Assembly (NCBI GenBank): GCA_002069785.1
Contig: MWCA01000019.1
Span: forward strand, 736-64,735
Source of the DNA: Lentisphaerae bacterium ADurb.Bin242
GTDB lineage: Bacteria; Verrucomicrobiota; Lentisphaeria; Victivallales; UBA1829
Length of the DNA stretch: 64,000 nucleotides
Reading direction: 5' to 3'
Within the stretch, counting starts at the first letter, position 1. Each line of letters begins with the position of its first letter. Position numbers and translations under genes: made by a program. Of this stretch, positions 9,326 through 18,919 are shown in pieces. A model generated the notes under the pieces. That model worked only from the letters and a program-made list of their open reading frames with translations. It was not told the origin of the DNA and ran no database searches.

Positions 9326-11337
9326 CACGGAGTCTTCTTTTCCGTTGCAGCGGAAGGTTTGACCACCGAGAAAACGGTGTCCCGGCGGGGATCTCCTTTA
9401 TCGTTCATCCCGTCGTATCCGACGGAATAAAGGCGGTACCCCTCCTGCTCGATGACGGCCTCCGGAGAGTTATTTCCCGAGCGGAGAGGTACATCCTGTT
9501 TGATTTTGCCGTGCTGATAAAAGAACGGTTTTCCGGTAAAGGGATCGACCGGCATTTTTTCGAGGTTGAGTTCGGAGAGACTTTCCGGCGGTCTGCCGCC
9601 GTGCGCCCGTTTGTATTTTTCGATTTCCAGCGCCAGCAGACACATCCGCAACTGCGCGGCAATGCCGTTGGTTTTCTTATAGGAGCCGGCAATGGCGGGA
9701 AACAGCATTCCGGTCAACCAGGCGAACGGGGGCATGTTCCCCTTATTAATTTCGAATCGTGGATTATCGAGCTCTTTTTGAATCTGGTAATAATCCCGTC
9801 CGGTCTGAATGATCCGGATCAGTTCCAGCCAGTTGTTCCCCATGATAAGACCGTCGTTCATGAGAATATAATACACCAGAAAGTTTGCATATCGCTGTAT
9901 CCGGTTTTCATAGATCAACTGTTTGGATGAATAGGGAGTACCCCTCTGAAGAAGAGTAACCCACACATCCAGCGTCAGCGCCGATTCGCCCCGGAATGCG
10001 CTGTCGGCGGATTCGAAGAAATGCTTTTCTCGTCCACGGTACATTTCGGCAAGACGGTCCAGATCGGCGTCCGTGAGGATTCCGGAGCCCAGCATATATT
10101 CGACGGCTTCCAGATGGAGGGCTTCGCTGGCGATTTCCACCAGCATGGAAATAATCCAATCCGGATATTTCTGGGTGTTGTTCTGGAAATCCATGGAGAG
10201 CCGGAGCAGGCGCATGGCTTCCGCACGATCGTTCCGGTTGACCGCGTCAACGATCCGCAGACAATAGATTTGGGCGGCCGTCCGCAGACAGCTCTGTTCC
10301 GGCAATAAAATGCCGCAAAGCATTTCGTCATACTTCCTCGGATAGCGGAGCAGTTTGTTTTTCCGGGCCAGGGAATCGGTTTCGTCGATGTACTTCCGGA
10401 TGGAGGGTTCCCGAAGAGCTTTGGAAAGAGCATTCCGTTTTTCAGACCACTCGTATGGCTTGCGTCCGAAGAAGTCCTCTCCCAGCTTCTCCGGAGGCGT
10501 TTTACCATTTTTAAGCGCTTGGGTCTGGGCATCCACCCATGCCGTGAAATCCTTGTCCGGTTCGGTCCCTCGATAATAGAGCGCTTTGGAATCGGCGCGG
10601 GTCACGGGCGCCTTGACTGACCGCAGTTCCGCGATGAGTTTCGCTTCCCGCTTTTCCACATTTCGAATCGTCAGAAAAGCGGTTGTCAGGTAAATCAGAA
10701 ATATGACGCCGACGGTAACCCCCATCGCCTTCGCGGTTCTGGAAAAGGCAATGCCGGTCAGTGTCCGGGATAAAATCACGATCAATATGAAATAGAGCAG
10801 ATACCCCAGCGCAATCCAGTCGGAATATTTTGCATACAGGGGAAAATACGGCAGGGTGAAAATGATGCTGCCGGGAAAACAGAAAAATATAACTCCATCC
10901 AGAATCAGTCCCAGCGCGGAGGTTCCCGCGGCCAGCGTCATCAGAAACGGAACGGGCGGCGCATCCGGAAGCTTTTTGCGTCTCCACGCCAGAATCAGGT
11001 AGACCGCCGGAAGAAGAAAAGTTCGGAGTCCCGGAACCAGCAGAAGCCAGAGTGTGTTCGGCATCCGTGTGAATTTTTCCGGGAAAAACTTCAGGTAGAG
11101 TTCTTGAAGCATCCGAATCTGTTTTTCCGCATACAGAAATAGCGGAATCAGGAGGAGGAGCGCCAGCACCAGAAGATTGCCGTATAACAGAAACGGGGCG
11201 TTTTTCATGGCGGTTGGACTGAAAAACCAGTCCCACTGCTGCTGGAACGTCAGGATGAAATAGACCGGCAGGAGAAGGTCGAGAAACACCATGAGCGCCA
11301 GCGCGGAAACGAACGGGTTGAAACGGTCCTTCATCAC
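9325..11337 (-). CDS. hypothetical polytopic membrane protein with a large C-terminal soluble domain
   Basis: The N-terminal ~230 aa contain multiple hydrophobic helices. The C-terminus ends GYRLYSVGYDGMNDKGDPRRD, resembling the C-terminal motif of GspG-type pseudopilins. No family recognised. Confidence 0.55.
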   Translation of the reverse strand: MMKDRFNPFVSALALMVFLDLLLPVYFILTFQQQWDWFFSPTAMKNAPFLLYGNLLVLALLLLIPLFLYAEKQIRMLQELYLKFFPEKFTRMPNTLWLLLVPGLRTFLLPAVYLILAWRRKKLPDAPPVPFLMTLAAGTSALGLILDGVIFFCFPGSIIFTLPYFPLYAKYSDWIALGYLLYFILIVILSRTLTGIAFSRTAKAMGVTVGVIFLIYLTTAFLTIRNVEKREAKLIAELRSVKAPVTRADSKALYYRGTEPDKDFTAWVDAQTQALKNGKTPPEKLGEDFFGRKPYEWSEKRNALSKALREPSIRKYIDETDSLARKNKLLRYPRKYDEMLCGILLPEQSCLRTAAQIYCLRIVDAVNRNDRAEAMRLLRLSMDFQNNTQKYPDWIISMLVEIASEALHLEAVEYMLGSGILTDADLDRLAEMYRGREKHFFESADSAFRGESALTLDVWVTLLQRGTPYSSKQLIYENRIQRYANFLVYYILMNDGLIMGNNWLELIRIIQTGRDYYQIQKELDNPRFEINKGNMPPFAWLTGMLFPAIAGSYKKTNGIAAQLRMCLLALEIEKYKRAHGGRPPESLSELNLEKMPVDPFTGKPFFYQHGKIKQDVPLRSGNNSPEAVIEQEGYRLYSVGYDGMNDKGDPRRDTVFSVVKPSAATEKKTP

Positions 11338-11533
11338 AGCCCCCTTTGTTGAAAATCCGGTTCCGGTTCAATATAGACCGCTGTTTCCGCGAAGTCAATT
11401 CCGCGCCGGAAAAAATCTGGACATCCGTCCCGGAAATCCATTGTGCGGAGGGGTGGAAATGAAAAAGATGAACTCCGGGAAGAAGGAACCATTCCGGGAA
11501 ACGAGTTTCATCCGTGCCGGGGAAGGAAACGGA

Positions 11534-12436
11534 TTATTTCTTGACCTGCGGGAAGGTATCGACGGCTTTCTGCGCACATTCCCGGAGAAATTTCGCATCC
11601 TCCGGAGCGATTTCCTTCGGAACATACCGGATCTCGGAGGTTTTTCTGCCGTAAAGCATTGCAAACCAGACACATCCCTGCATATAGGCCCCGCGCCGGT
11701 TCATATGGGTGGTGTCCGTGTTCAGTTTCTGTTCGCCGCTTTTCTTGTCTTTGCTCCAGCGGCTCTGTCCGACGACATCCCCGGAAGAATCAGGAAGGGC
11801 CGGAGGCTTCAGTTCCTTGAGCTTTTCCGGGGAAAGCGGCTGGAAGGGTTTCTTTTCCCCTTCGCGGCTGATCTGAACGGCAAGGCCGGACGGAATCACG
11901 CGGAATTGATATTTTGCCGCAAGGTCCGTATAGTTCTTCGTGAGACGGTTGTACATTTCTTTCTGATCGATCTTCCAACCGGTCAGGCGGGACGAATCAC
12001 TGCGGTAGGACCAGGTCTGCTGAATCACGATTTCCGCCTGCGGCGCATGTTTCCGGATCAGCTGGATCAGGTTTTCCGCATACGGCTGGTAGCTTTCGGG
12101 CTTCCAGCTTTCCGGGCTGGCCTGCTGGATGGTGACGACGTCCCATTTCTCTTTGGTGAGCATGTCGACCAGATTGGCCTTTTTTCCGCTGTAGGGCTTG
12201 TGGGCCGGGTCCTTCATGGATTGTTCATACTCTTTCCAGTGTTTCTCGAGGGAACATCCCCCGATGTTCGCCCGGTCGATCTTGAGGGAACAGTCCGGCA
12301 CGGATTGGACGATCTGTGTCAGCGGCTGGACCACGCTGTCGGCAAAACTGTTGCCGATGGTCAGGATTTTGATTTCCTTCGCCCCGAGGGAGAAGGCGGC
12401 GGCAAGCCCCAGAAAAGCGGCTGCGGTTCGTTTCAT
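11534..12436 (-). CDS. secreted SGNH/GDSL-like hydrolase (DUF4886-type)
   Basis: Signal peptide MKRTAAAFLGLAAAFSLGA, then IKILTIGNSFADS (GDS(L)-type block I). AAAGGA Shine-Dalgarno 7 nt upstream. Confidence 0.6.
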   Translation of the reverse strand: MKRTAAAFLGLAAAFSLGAKEIKILTIGNSFADSVVQPLTQIVQSVPDCSLKIDRANIGGCSLEKHWKEYEQSMKDPAHKPYSGKKANLVDMLTKEKWDVVTIQQASPESWKPESYQPYAENLIQLIRKHAPQAEIVIQQTWSYRSDSSRLTGWKIDQKEMYNRLTKNYTDLAAKYQFRVIPSGLAVQISREGEKKPFQPLSPEKLKELKPPALPDSSGDVVGQSRWSKDKKSGEQKLNTDTTHMNRRGAYMQGCVWFAMLYGRKTSEIRYVPKEIAPEDAKFLRECAQKAVDTFPQVKK

Positions 12437-12629
12437 TGAAAAATCCTTTCGTTCACGGGAGAGCGGGACTCCCCAAGTTAAAAAATAATTGCCCGGTCAT
12501 GCATATCGCCCCTCCCTGAAACGGTTTTGAATCAAGCACGAGGGCAATACGGCTGCCATACTATATGCGTCCGGACGGGGAATTGCAATCCCCGGAACAA
12601 CCTCTCCGGACGGTTCGTTCGGGAAAGAA

Positions 12630-12648
12630 GGAAAGAAAAAGCCTTTCC
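12630..12648 (-). terminator. weak candidate terminator after the 12666-13460 gene
   Basis: Minus strand reads GGAAAG-GCTTTTT-CTTTCC followed by TTCTTTCC, beginning 18 nt after the stop codon. The stem is A/U-rich. Confidence 0.3.
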
Positions 12649-12665
12649 CTGGGCGGTCTTTTCCA

Positions 12666-13460
12666 TCATTCTGAAATCCTGGTGACGGAGACATCCTTGA
12701 AATCCAGTGCGGCGTTGCCGGGAACCTGGATGAACACCTTGGCCTGTGCCGTGCCGGGCCACCACTGGTTGTTGATATTTCCCATCAGACCGACGCCCTT
12801 GATCCGGGCGGAAAAGCGGGTCCACTCATACGGCGCTTTGCCGAGACGGCTTCCGATGGACAGACGCTGGTTGTTGTGGTTCCGGACCGCGGTTCCGGCG
12901 GGATAGGCCCGGCTCATGGGATTCCGCAGGGAAAGAGTCATGACCTCTCCGGTGCCGCCATAATTGAAATAGGCCGCCGTGTTCCGGTTCGGCAAGTCGG
13001 AAAAGCTGGGGTTCGTCTGGAATGCAATATGGCCGTTTTTATGCCATGTCCCGTTTCCCCGGATGCGTATGGCCGTGTCGCCGATGTTCACCGGAGCCGC
13101 CAGAATGGAGTCCGTGCCGGTGACACAGGACACGCTTTCCGGCGGGATCGGATTGCCGTTCGCGTCGATGGGATCGAACCCGAATTCGAAACGGGTCAGG
13201 TCCGGCTGACCGCCCGGCGTGCGGAACAATCCGGAAAGCTCGTATTCCGCATCGGGGTATACCTTGAAGGAGTTGTTGGTGCAAAGATTGACCGCGCCTC
13301 TGGCCGACAGATAACCGGATGTCCAGTCGAATTGCCATCCCGACGGGATCGCCCATGACGCTGCGGACTGTGCGGAGAGCACTTTTTCCTTGTCTGCGAA
13401 CAGGCTCACGGCGGAAAAAACAGCCGCGATCGCCAGAATCCATGTGAATCTTTTTTTCAT
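12666..13460 (-). CDS. hypothetical secreted protein
   Basis: Signal peptide MKKRFTWILAIAAVFSAVSLFA, GGAGG Shine-Dalgarno, beta-rich composition (jelly-roll/CBM-like guess only). Confidence 0.5.
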   Translation of the reverse strand: MKKRFTWILAIAAVFSAVSLFADKEKVLSAQSAASWAIPSGWQFDWTSGYLSARGAVNLCTNNSFKVYPDAEYELSGLFRTPGGQPDLTRFEFGFDPIDANGNPIPPESVSCVTGTDSILAAPVNIGDTAIRIRGNGTWHKNGHIAFQTNPSFSDLPNRNTAAYFNYGGTGEVMTLSLRNPMSRAYPAGTAVRNHNNQRLSIGSRLGKAPYEWTRFSARIKGVGLMGNINNQWWPGTAQAKVFIQVPGNAALDFKDVSVTRISE

Positions 13461-13718
13461 TTTTCTCCTCCCCTTTGTTTTCTACGGATTTCCGTGCCGG
13501 CGGACAGTTCCGGAATCGTCTCGCAGACGGTGATCCGCCCTATTCCTCCCGTCTCCGGCAGTGCGACGGAATGCTATACTGTATCCTGTTTCCGCGAAGA
13601 ATGCAATCCGGATCGCCTTCCTTCTCCGCATCCATGCCGTTCCGCCCGGATTCCGGAAACCGGAAAACGGAGGAATGCGGAATTCAATTTTTTTTCAACA
13701 TTTTTTCATGTCCTCATC

Positions 13719-13746
13719 TTGACAAAACAAAAAACCTTTGTATAAT
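13719..13746 (+). promoter_or_regulatory. near-consensus sigma70 promoter (TTGACA-16 nt-TATAAT) for the LacI/pseudopilin-like operon
   Basis: TTGACA at 13719-13724, 16-nt spacer, TATAAT at 13741-13746, 45 nt upstream of the LacI ATG. Confidence 0.65.
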
Positions 13747-13749
13747 AAT

Positions 13750-13767
13750 GCTGTAAACGATTACAGC
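13750..13767. promoter_or_regulatory. LacI-family-type palindromic operator
   Basis: GCTGTAAACGATTACAGC has 7-nt arms GCTGTAA/TTACAGC around a central CG and fits the TGnAAnCGnTTnCA pattern. It starts 3 nt after the -10 element. Confidence 0.6.
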
Positions 13768-13790
13768 AATTTTTTGAAACGGGCGTGAAG

Positions 13791-14801
13791 ATGAACCATG
13801 TGACTTTGAAAGACATTGCGGCCGCGGCGGGAGTCCGGCCCGCGGTCGTGTCGGTGGCGCTGAACAACAAGCGCTACACACGCGTCTCCCCCGTGCGCCG
13901 GGAAGAAATCCGCCGGATCGCCGAAAACATGGGATACCGCCCGAACATCGAAGCGGCCAGTCTCCGGCGGGGGAAGAAGGCCACGGTCGGAGTTTTTCTC
14001 CCTTCATGGGAGGATGTCCTGCTCCTCGAACTGATCCGGGGGCTTTCCGACGCCGCCAGCGAATTTTCCATTCCCCTGACTTTCTCCTTCGGAATGACGG
14101 CGGAATCCTATTTCCGTTTCATCGATTCCATGGATTCCTACCGGCATACCGGCATGATCAGTTATGTTCCCTTCTGGGACCGGAACTATGAACGGATCCT
14201 GGCGCGGCTGGAGGAATATATCGGCAATGGCGGAAAAGTCATTTCGCTCAACACCGCCGGATGGCCGATGAAGCAGACCATTTCCCTGGATATCGACGAA
14301 AAATGCGGCGGAACGCTCGCGGCAAAGCATCTGCTCCGCTTCAAAGGCCTGCGCTCGTATGCGCTTGTCAGCGTCGAAAGCCAGATCTATTATCTGCGGG
14401 ACGACGCCTTCTGCAAGGTTCTCGGAGTAGCCGGAAAAAAAGTCGGGAAATACCGGTTTGAATCCCTCCGGACGGCTTCCCCGGAGAAGATAACCGGATT
14501 TCTGGAACCCATGCTGGCGGAAGCGAAGCCGCCGGTCGGCATCTTCTCGACCAGTCCGGATTTCTGCCCCTGGATTTTCCTGCTGGCTGCCCGGCGCGGC
14601 TGGGTTTACGGAAAAGATTTTGAACTGGTCTGTTATGACCGGCCCTTCGGATTCGGCGATTTTCAGCCGGTCATGCGCATCATCCAGCCGTTCTATCGGA
14701 TCGGGTATATGGCCGTCGGAAAATTAAGCGACATGCTTATGAATAAAACAGTGTCATCGGAAATATTGAAGCCGGAATTAATTAAAGGAGGTCTTGCATG
14801 A
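13791..14801 (+). CDS. LacI-family transcriptional regulator
   Basis: N-terminal [27 protein letters not shown] followed by a periplasmic-binding-protein-like domain. ATG at 13791 preferred over the GTG at 13785. Confidence 0.8.
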   Translation: MNHVTLKDIAAAAGVRPAVVSVALNNKRYTRVSPVRREEIRRIAENMGYRPNIEAASLRRGKKATVGVFLPSWEDVLLLELIRGLSDAASEFSIPLTFSFGMTAESYFRFIDSMDSYRHTGMISYVPFWDRNYERILARLEEYIGNGGKVISLNTAGWPMKQTISLDIDEKCGGTLAAKHLLRFKGLRSYALVSVESQIYYLRDDAFCKVLGVAGKKVGKYRFESLRTASPEKITGFLEPMLAEAKPPVGIFSTSPDFCPWIFLLAARRGWVYGKDFELVCYDRPFGFGDFQPVMRIIQPFYRIGYMAVGKLSDMLMNKTVSSEILKPELIKGGLA

Positions 14802-15454
14802 ACCCGTATCGGAACAGATTCACATTGATCGAGCTCCTGGTCGTGATTGCGATCATCGCCATCCTGGCCGGAATGCTTCTGCCCGCGTTGAACCAGGCGA
14901 AGGAAACGGCCCGGAGCGTTCAATGCATCAACAATCTCAAGCAGCTTTCCCAGGGCGTGATCATGTATACGGACGACTACGCCGGGTGGATGCCGCCGCT
15001 CCAGAAGCCCGGCGGCGGATCGCCTTTCTGGGGAGAAACCATTTCCAAGGCCGGTTTCATCAATCCGAAAATCGCCAACTGCTCGAACTTGAAAAAGAGC
15101 AACTTCTACAGTTGGGGATACGCGTGGGAAAACACCTATGGCGTCTTCTACAATTCCCTTTTCGTCGACGGCGGGATCAACTATCCCCGGGCGTGCAAGA
15201 CGAACAAGCCTTCGGCCACCGGTTTCTTCGGGGATTCCGGCATCAAGGGGAGCTGGGCCATGAAGTATGTCATCTATGCATGGGAGTCGACCGGCACGGC
15301 CAACATCATGCTCCGGCACCGGAAGCTGGCGAACGTGGTGATGCTGGACGGCCATGCCGAATCGGTTCCCCGGCAGAAGATCTCAAAGCTCTCGGCCACC
15401 CAGGGACCCTATTATCTGCTGCTGAATGAAAACACCGTGGTCTATGTGCCCTGA
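14798..15454 (+). CDS. prepilin-type N-terminal domain protein, DUF1559 / H-X9-DG family (pseudopilin-like)
   Basis: [36 protein letters not shown] and C-terminal [13 protein letters not shown] (H-X9-DG). ATGA overlap with the LacI stop; AAAGGAGG Shine-Dalgarno 6 nt upstream. Confidence 0.85.
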   Translation: MNPYRNRFTLIELLVVIAIIAILAGMLLPALNQAKETARSVQCINNLKQLSQGVIMYTDDYAGWMPPLQKPGGGSPFWGETISKAGFINPKIANCSNLKKSNFYSWGYAWENTYGVFYNSLFVDGGINYPRACKTNKPSATGFFGDSGIKGSWAMKYVIYAWESTGTANIMLRHRKLANVVMLDGHAESVPRQKISKLSATQGPYYLLLNENTVVYVP

Positions 15455-15472
15455 TTGGAAAGGATGTGCAAT

Positions 15473-18400
15473 ATGAAACTGTCTCTGTCTCTCGGGTTGT
15501 TTTTGTGTATGTGCGGTGCTTTCTGCGGAGAAAATCTTGTCGGGAACGGCGATTTTTCCGCCGTCAGGGAGAACGGTATTCCCGAAAAATGGGGCGTGCA
15601 ATCGTGGGGGCCGCCGCTGGGAGAAGTGTCGGTGGACCGTTCGGATTTTATAAACGCGCCCGCCTCGCTGTGCATCCGCAACAAGGATGACGTCCAGCAG
15701 ACCTTTCTGTCGCAGGGAATCCGGCTGGAGCCGAATACTTCCTACTGCCTGAGCTATTACATCAAGGCGGAGAACATCACGGGAACCAAGCCGTTCTGCG
15801 GTGCGATGATCTACATCATGGACAGCGGGAACCCGCTTTTCAGCATCGGGAGCAGTTTGTACCGTCACGCGACCGGCTCCTTCGACTGGAAAAAAGTCGA
15901 GCATAAGTTCAAAACCAAAACGTTGCAGGGAAAATCCCTTTCGATTATTCTGGCGCTCCGCCAGGCGAGCGGATGCGTCCGTTTCGACGCCGTCCGGCTG
16001 GAGAAGGTGGAAGCCCCGGAAAAGACCGCAACGCTGAAGACCGAACTGTACCCGGTCGAGTTCCAGAACCGGACTTATTCCCTCTGCCGCAACTTTCCCG
16101 CCGCGCTTCTTCTCCGCATGACGCTGGACCGCAAGCGGATCGCGGACGGTTCCCTCCGGATGATTCTGGAGCTTCCCGAAGGAATCCGTTATATCGGTTC
16201 CGGGGCGCTCCTTCCCGCCCGGAATACAAAGAACGAGCTGGTTTTCGAGCGAGATGCATTTACCTCGGCTCCGGTTCTGCGCGACGGGAAGAAATACACC
16301 CGTTACGAGATCACTTTTGCGCCCGGTTTCGTCGGCAAGCTCGGACCGTCGCACGCCTGGGAAAATTATGACCGGATTTACCTGAAGGCGGAAGGCGCGC
16401 CCGGGGATGCCGGAAAAGTTTTCTGGCGTCTCCGCTCTTCTTCGAAAGAGTTTCCGGAAGAGTTTTTCCATGTCACGATCCTGCCGGAACTCGTGATGCC
16501 TCCGAAGCCCTGTTCCGTGTTCCAGCTTTGCATCCCGCGTCTGTGGAACATGAATTCGCCGGAGAACGTCAGCGAACTGTATACGAAGCTCTGGACATCG
16601 CTTCAGAAGCGGCCGTGGACTTCCAATCCATATTACATCCACGCTTTTCCGGAAGCGGAAAAGAAGCGGGTTTTCGATTCCTATAACTACACTCAGCATG
16701 TGGCCTCTTCCCGAAGCATGCCGTGGTTCGGCCCGCTCTACAATGCCGCGGCGCAGAACCGCTTCAAAGGGAAGCTTCCGCCTTCGGTCGGCGCGGACGG
16801 CAAGGCGATTCCCAACACGGTCAGCCCGTGGTATCTGATCGAGGACCCGGAGAACCTGATCTGGGGAGTCCTGGCCGATGAATATGCGAAAACGGTCCGT
16901 GCCAACCCGCACACCAAGGCGATCGCCCTGAACTACGAGCCGGGAACCATGTCGCATTGTTTCAGCACGGAAAGCCGGACCCGTTTCCGCGACTTTGCCA
17001 AACTTCCGGCCGTTCCTTCTGTGGCGGACATTCTTTCCAAATACAAGCCGGAGTGGCTCCGTTTCCGCATCCGCCAGCATCAGCAGATATTGGAACGGAT
17101 TTCCGCGATGATCCGCACCAGGCTGCCCGGCGTCGAATTCTGGCTGATCAGCGATCCGCTCCAGACGGGACGCCAGCGCGTTTCCGAGTGGTGCGGCGTG
17201 GATGTCCAGGCCGCCGATCCGATCGTCGACATTCATCAGGACATGCCCTACATCACAGGCGTACCTTTCTTCGAGATGATGAAGCTGAATATTTCCGAAC
17301 TGAAGAAGCCCTGTTTCCCCCTCATTGACCCGTCGGAGAACATGGCGATGTATTACAACCGTTACACGCCCGAAAAAGTGATGCAGAACATCGTTGCGAC
17401 GGCCGCGCTCGGCGGATACGGGATCGGTTTCTGGCCGGCCGATGTGTTCGACGGGCGTTACCTTCACTCCATCCGGGACGCCTATGCCGCCATTGCGGAA
17501 GTGGAACCGTTTTATACCGGAAAAGGGGTGACGAAGCCGGAGGTCCGCTTTGAAAGTAAAAATGTCGTCAAACTGGATGCGTCCGACGGCGGCGGAAACA
17601 GCACGAAGATTTCTTTCCCTCCGCTTGACCGGAACATCCGCGTGCTCGGCCACTGGAAAGGAAATGATTTTCTGGTCACTATCCTCAATTATAACGAAAA
17701 TTCGCCCGCGTTTCTCGAACTGGCCGTACCCGAGGTCCGGTCGCCTTATTATCAAGTCGAAGATGTGCTCGGAGGCCGCTTCTTCCTCTCCGACGGGAAA
17801 GCGCCCGGCGGAAAGGAAGTGAGGGACGGCTTCCTGGCGGAGGTTCCCTCGAACGGAACCCTGATTTTGAGGCTGACCGCCGGGAATTCGCCCTCGGTTC
17901 CCGCCGGGAACGCCGTCGATCAGAAGCAAATCCGTGAAAAGCTCGGAACGCTTCTGTCCCAATACAAAACCCGCAGCCGGATGCAGCCGTTCCGCGAGGG
18001 AAATTCCGCCGCATACTGGGAGATCCTGAAAGACTGCGGCCGGGCGGTCCTGTATCTGGAACAGGACGGCGGTCGTCTCGGGATCGCCGCTTTGGAGGGC
18101 AGCGAGGTGATTTCGTGGGAGTCTGCCGGGCGCGGACGTCCGGATTCCCTTTTCCATAAAGGGCGCGGCTTCCTGGGACGGTTCAACCTGAATTCCCCGG
18201 AACAGTCGCCCGATCCGTGCGTCTTTGAAATCGCCGAAATCACCCGCAGGGACGGAAATCCGTGCGTCGTTTTTCAGTACCGGGTGCCCGATTTCCAGAA
18301 CGCGTCCGCGATACAGAATCCGCTGAAAGACCTGACGATCCGGCAGAGCATCACCTTGTACGGCAACGGGAAAAAGTTCACGCTCGCGTATGAATTCACC

Positions 18401-18832
18401 AATCCGACCGGCAAGGAAATGACGTTTTCGTTCAAGGTCAATAATTTCCCGAAAATCGGGTCGGCCTTTGCCGGAGAGAAGACGATCAACTCCATCACGA
18501 ATATACGGTGCGGTTCCATCGCCTTTACTCCCGGCCGTCCGAAAACGCAGCGTCTGTTTCTGGTATCGAAAGATGTCGCGCCCGAACTGAGAAAACATCT
18601 GCTCTTCGGGCGTCTGGAGGCGGAAATTATTCAGCCCGGCGTCATCCGGGTGGAGGGCGGCGAAGAGCTCAAGGAAGTATTGACACTCGAACCGAAGCAG
18701 GACTATGACGGTCTTTACTCCTGGTCGAATCTGGAGGAAGGGTATACCGTCGAACCGGTTTCGTCGATGATCACGCTTGCCCCCGGCAAAAGCGTATCCT
18801 GGAGCTGCGACTACACTCTTTCCCGGGAATAG
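15473..18832 (+). CDS. large secreted protein, glycan-enzyme-like (N-terminal CBM-like module), function unknown
   Basis: Signal peptide MKLSLSLGLFLCMCGAFCGENLVGNGDFS. Distant paralog of the 39765-42647 protein (alignable block around MSHCFSTESRTRFRDFAKLP). Start at 15473 has a GGAAAGG Shine-Dalgarno 9 nt upstream. Confidence 0.6.
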   Translation: MKLSLSLGLFLCMCGAFCGENLVGNGDFSAVRENGIPEKWGVQSWGPPLGEVSVDRSDFINAPASLCIRNKDDVQQTFLSQGIRLEPNTSYCLSYYIKAENITGTKPFCGAMIYIMDSGNPLFSIGSSLYRHATGSFDWKKVEHKFKTKTLQGKSLSIILALRQASGCVRFDAVRLEKVEAPEKTATLKTELYPVEFQNRTYSLCRNFPAALLLRMTLDRKRIADGSLRMILELPEGIRYIGSGALLPARNTKNELVFERDAFTSAPVLRDGKKYTRYEITFAPGFVGKLGPSHAWENYDRIYLKAEGAPGDAGKVFWRLRSSSKEFPEEFFHVTILPELVMPPKPCSVFQLCIPRLWNMNSPENVSELYTKLWTSLQKRPWTSNPYYIHAFPEAEKKRVFDSYNYTQHVASSRSMPWFGPLYNAAAQNRFKGKLPPSVGADGKAIPNTVSPWYLIEDPENLIWGVLADEYAKTVRANPHTKAIALNYEPGTMSHCFSTESRTRFRDFAKLPAVPSVADILSKYKPEWLRFRIRQHQQILERISAMIRTRLPGVEFWLISDPLQTGRQRVSEWCGVDVQAADPIVDIHQDMPYITGVPFFEMMKLNISELKKPCFPLIDPSENMAMYYNRYTPEKVMQNIVATAALGGYGIGFWPADVFDGRYLHSIRDAYAAIAEVEPFYTGKGVTKPEVRFESKNVVKLDASDGGGNSTKISFPPLDRNIRVLGHWKGNDFLVTILNYNENSPAFLELAVPEVRSPYYQVEDVLGGRFFLSDGKAPGGKEVRDGFLAEVPSNGTLILRLTAGNSPSVPAGNAVDQKQIREKLGTLLSQYKTRSRMQPFREGNSAAYWEILKDCGRAVLYLEQDGGRLGIAALEGSEVISWESAGRGRPDSLFHKGRGFLGRFNLNSPEQSPDPCVFEIAEITRRDGNPCVVFQYRVPDFQNASAIQNPLKDLTIRQSITLYGNGKKFTLAYEFTNPTGKEMTFSFKVNNFPKIGSAFAGEKTINSITNIRCGSIAFTPGRPKTQRLFLVSKDVAPELRKHLLFGRLEAEIIQPGVIRVEGGEELKEVLTLEPKQDYDGLYSWSNLEEGYTVEPVSSMITLAPGKSVSWSCDYTLSRE

Positions 18833-18839
18833 TTTTTCC

Positions 18840-18906
18840 TTCCGTTCCGGAGTTGCCCGGATTGCTTGAAAAAATGGAAAAAGGGAGTAGAGTATCCGGA
18901 ACGGAA
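18840..18906. promoter_or_regulatory. 12-bp perfect inverted repeat with 43-nt spacer upstream of hpt
   Basis: TTCCGTTCCGGA (18840-18851) and TCCGGAACGGAA (18895-18906). Confidence 0.4.
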
Positions 18907-18919
18907 CCGGGAGACGCGA

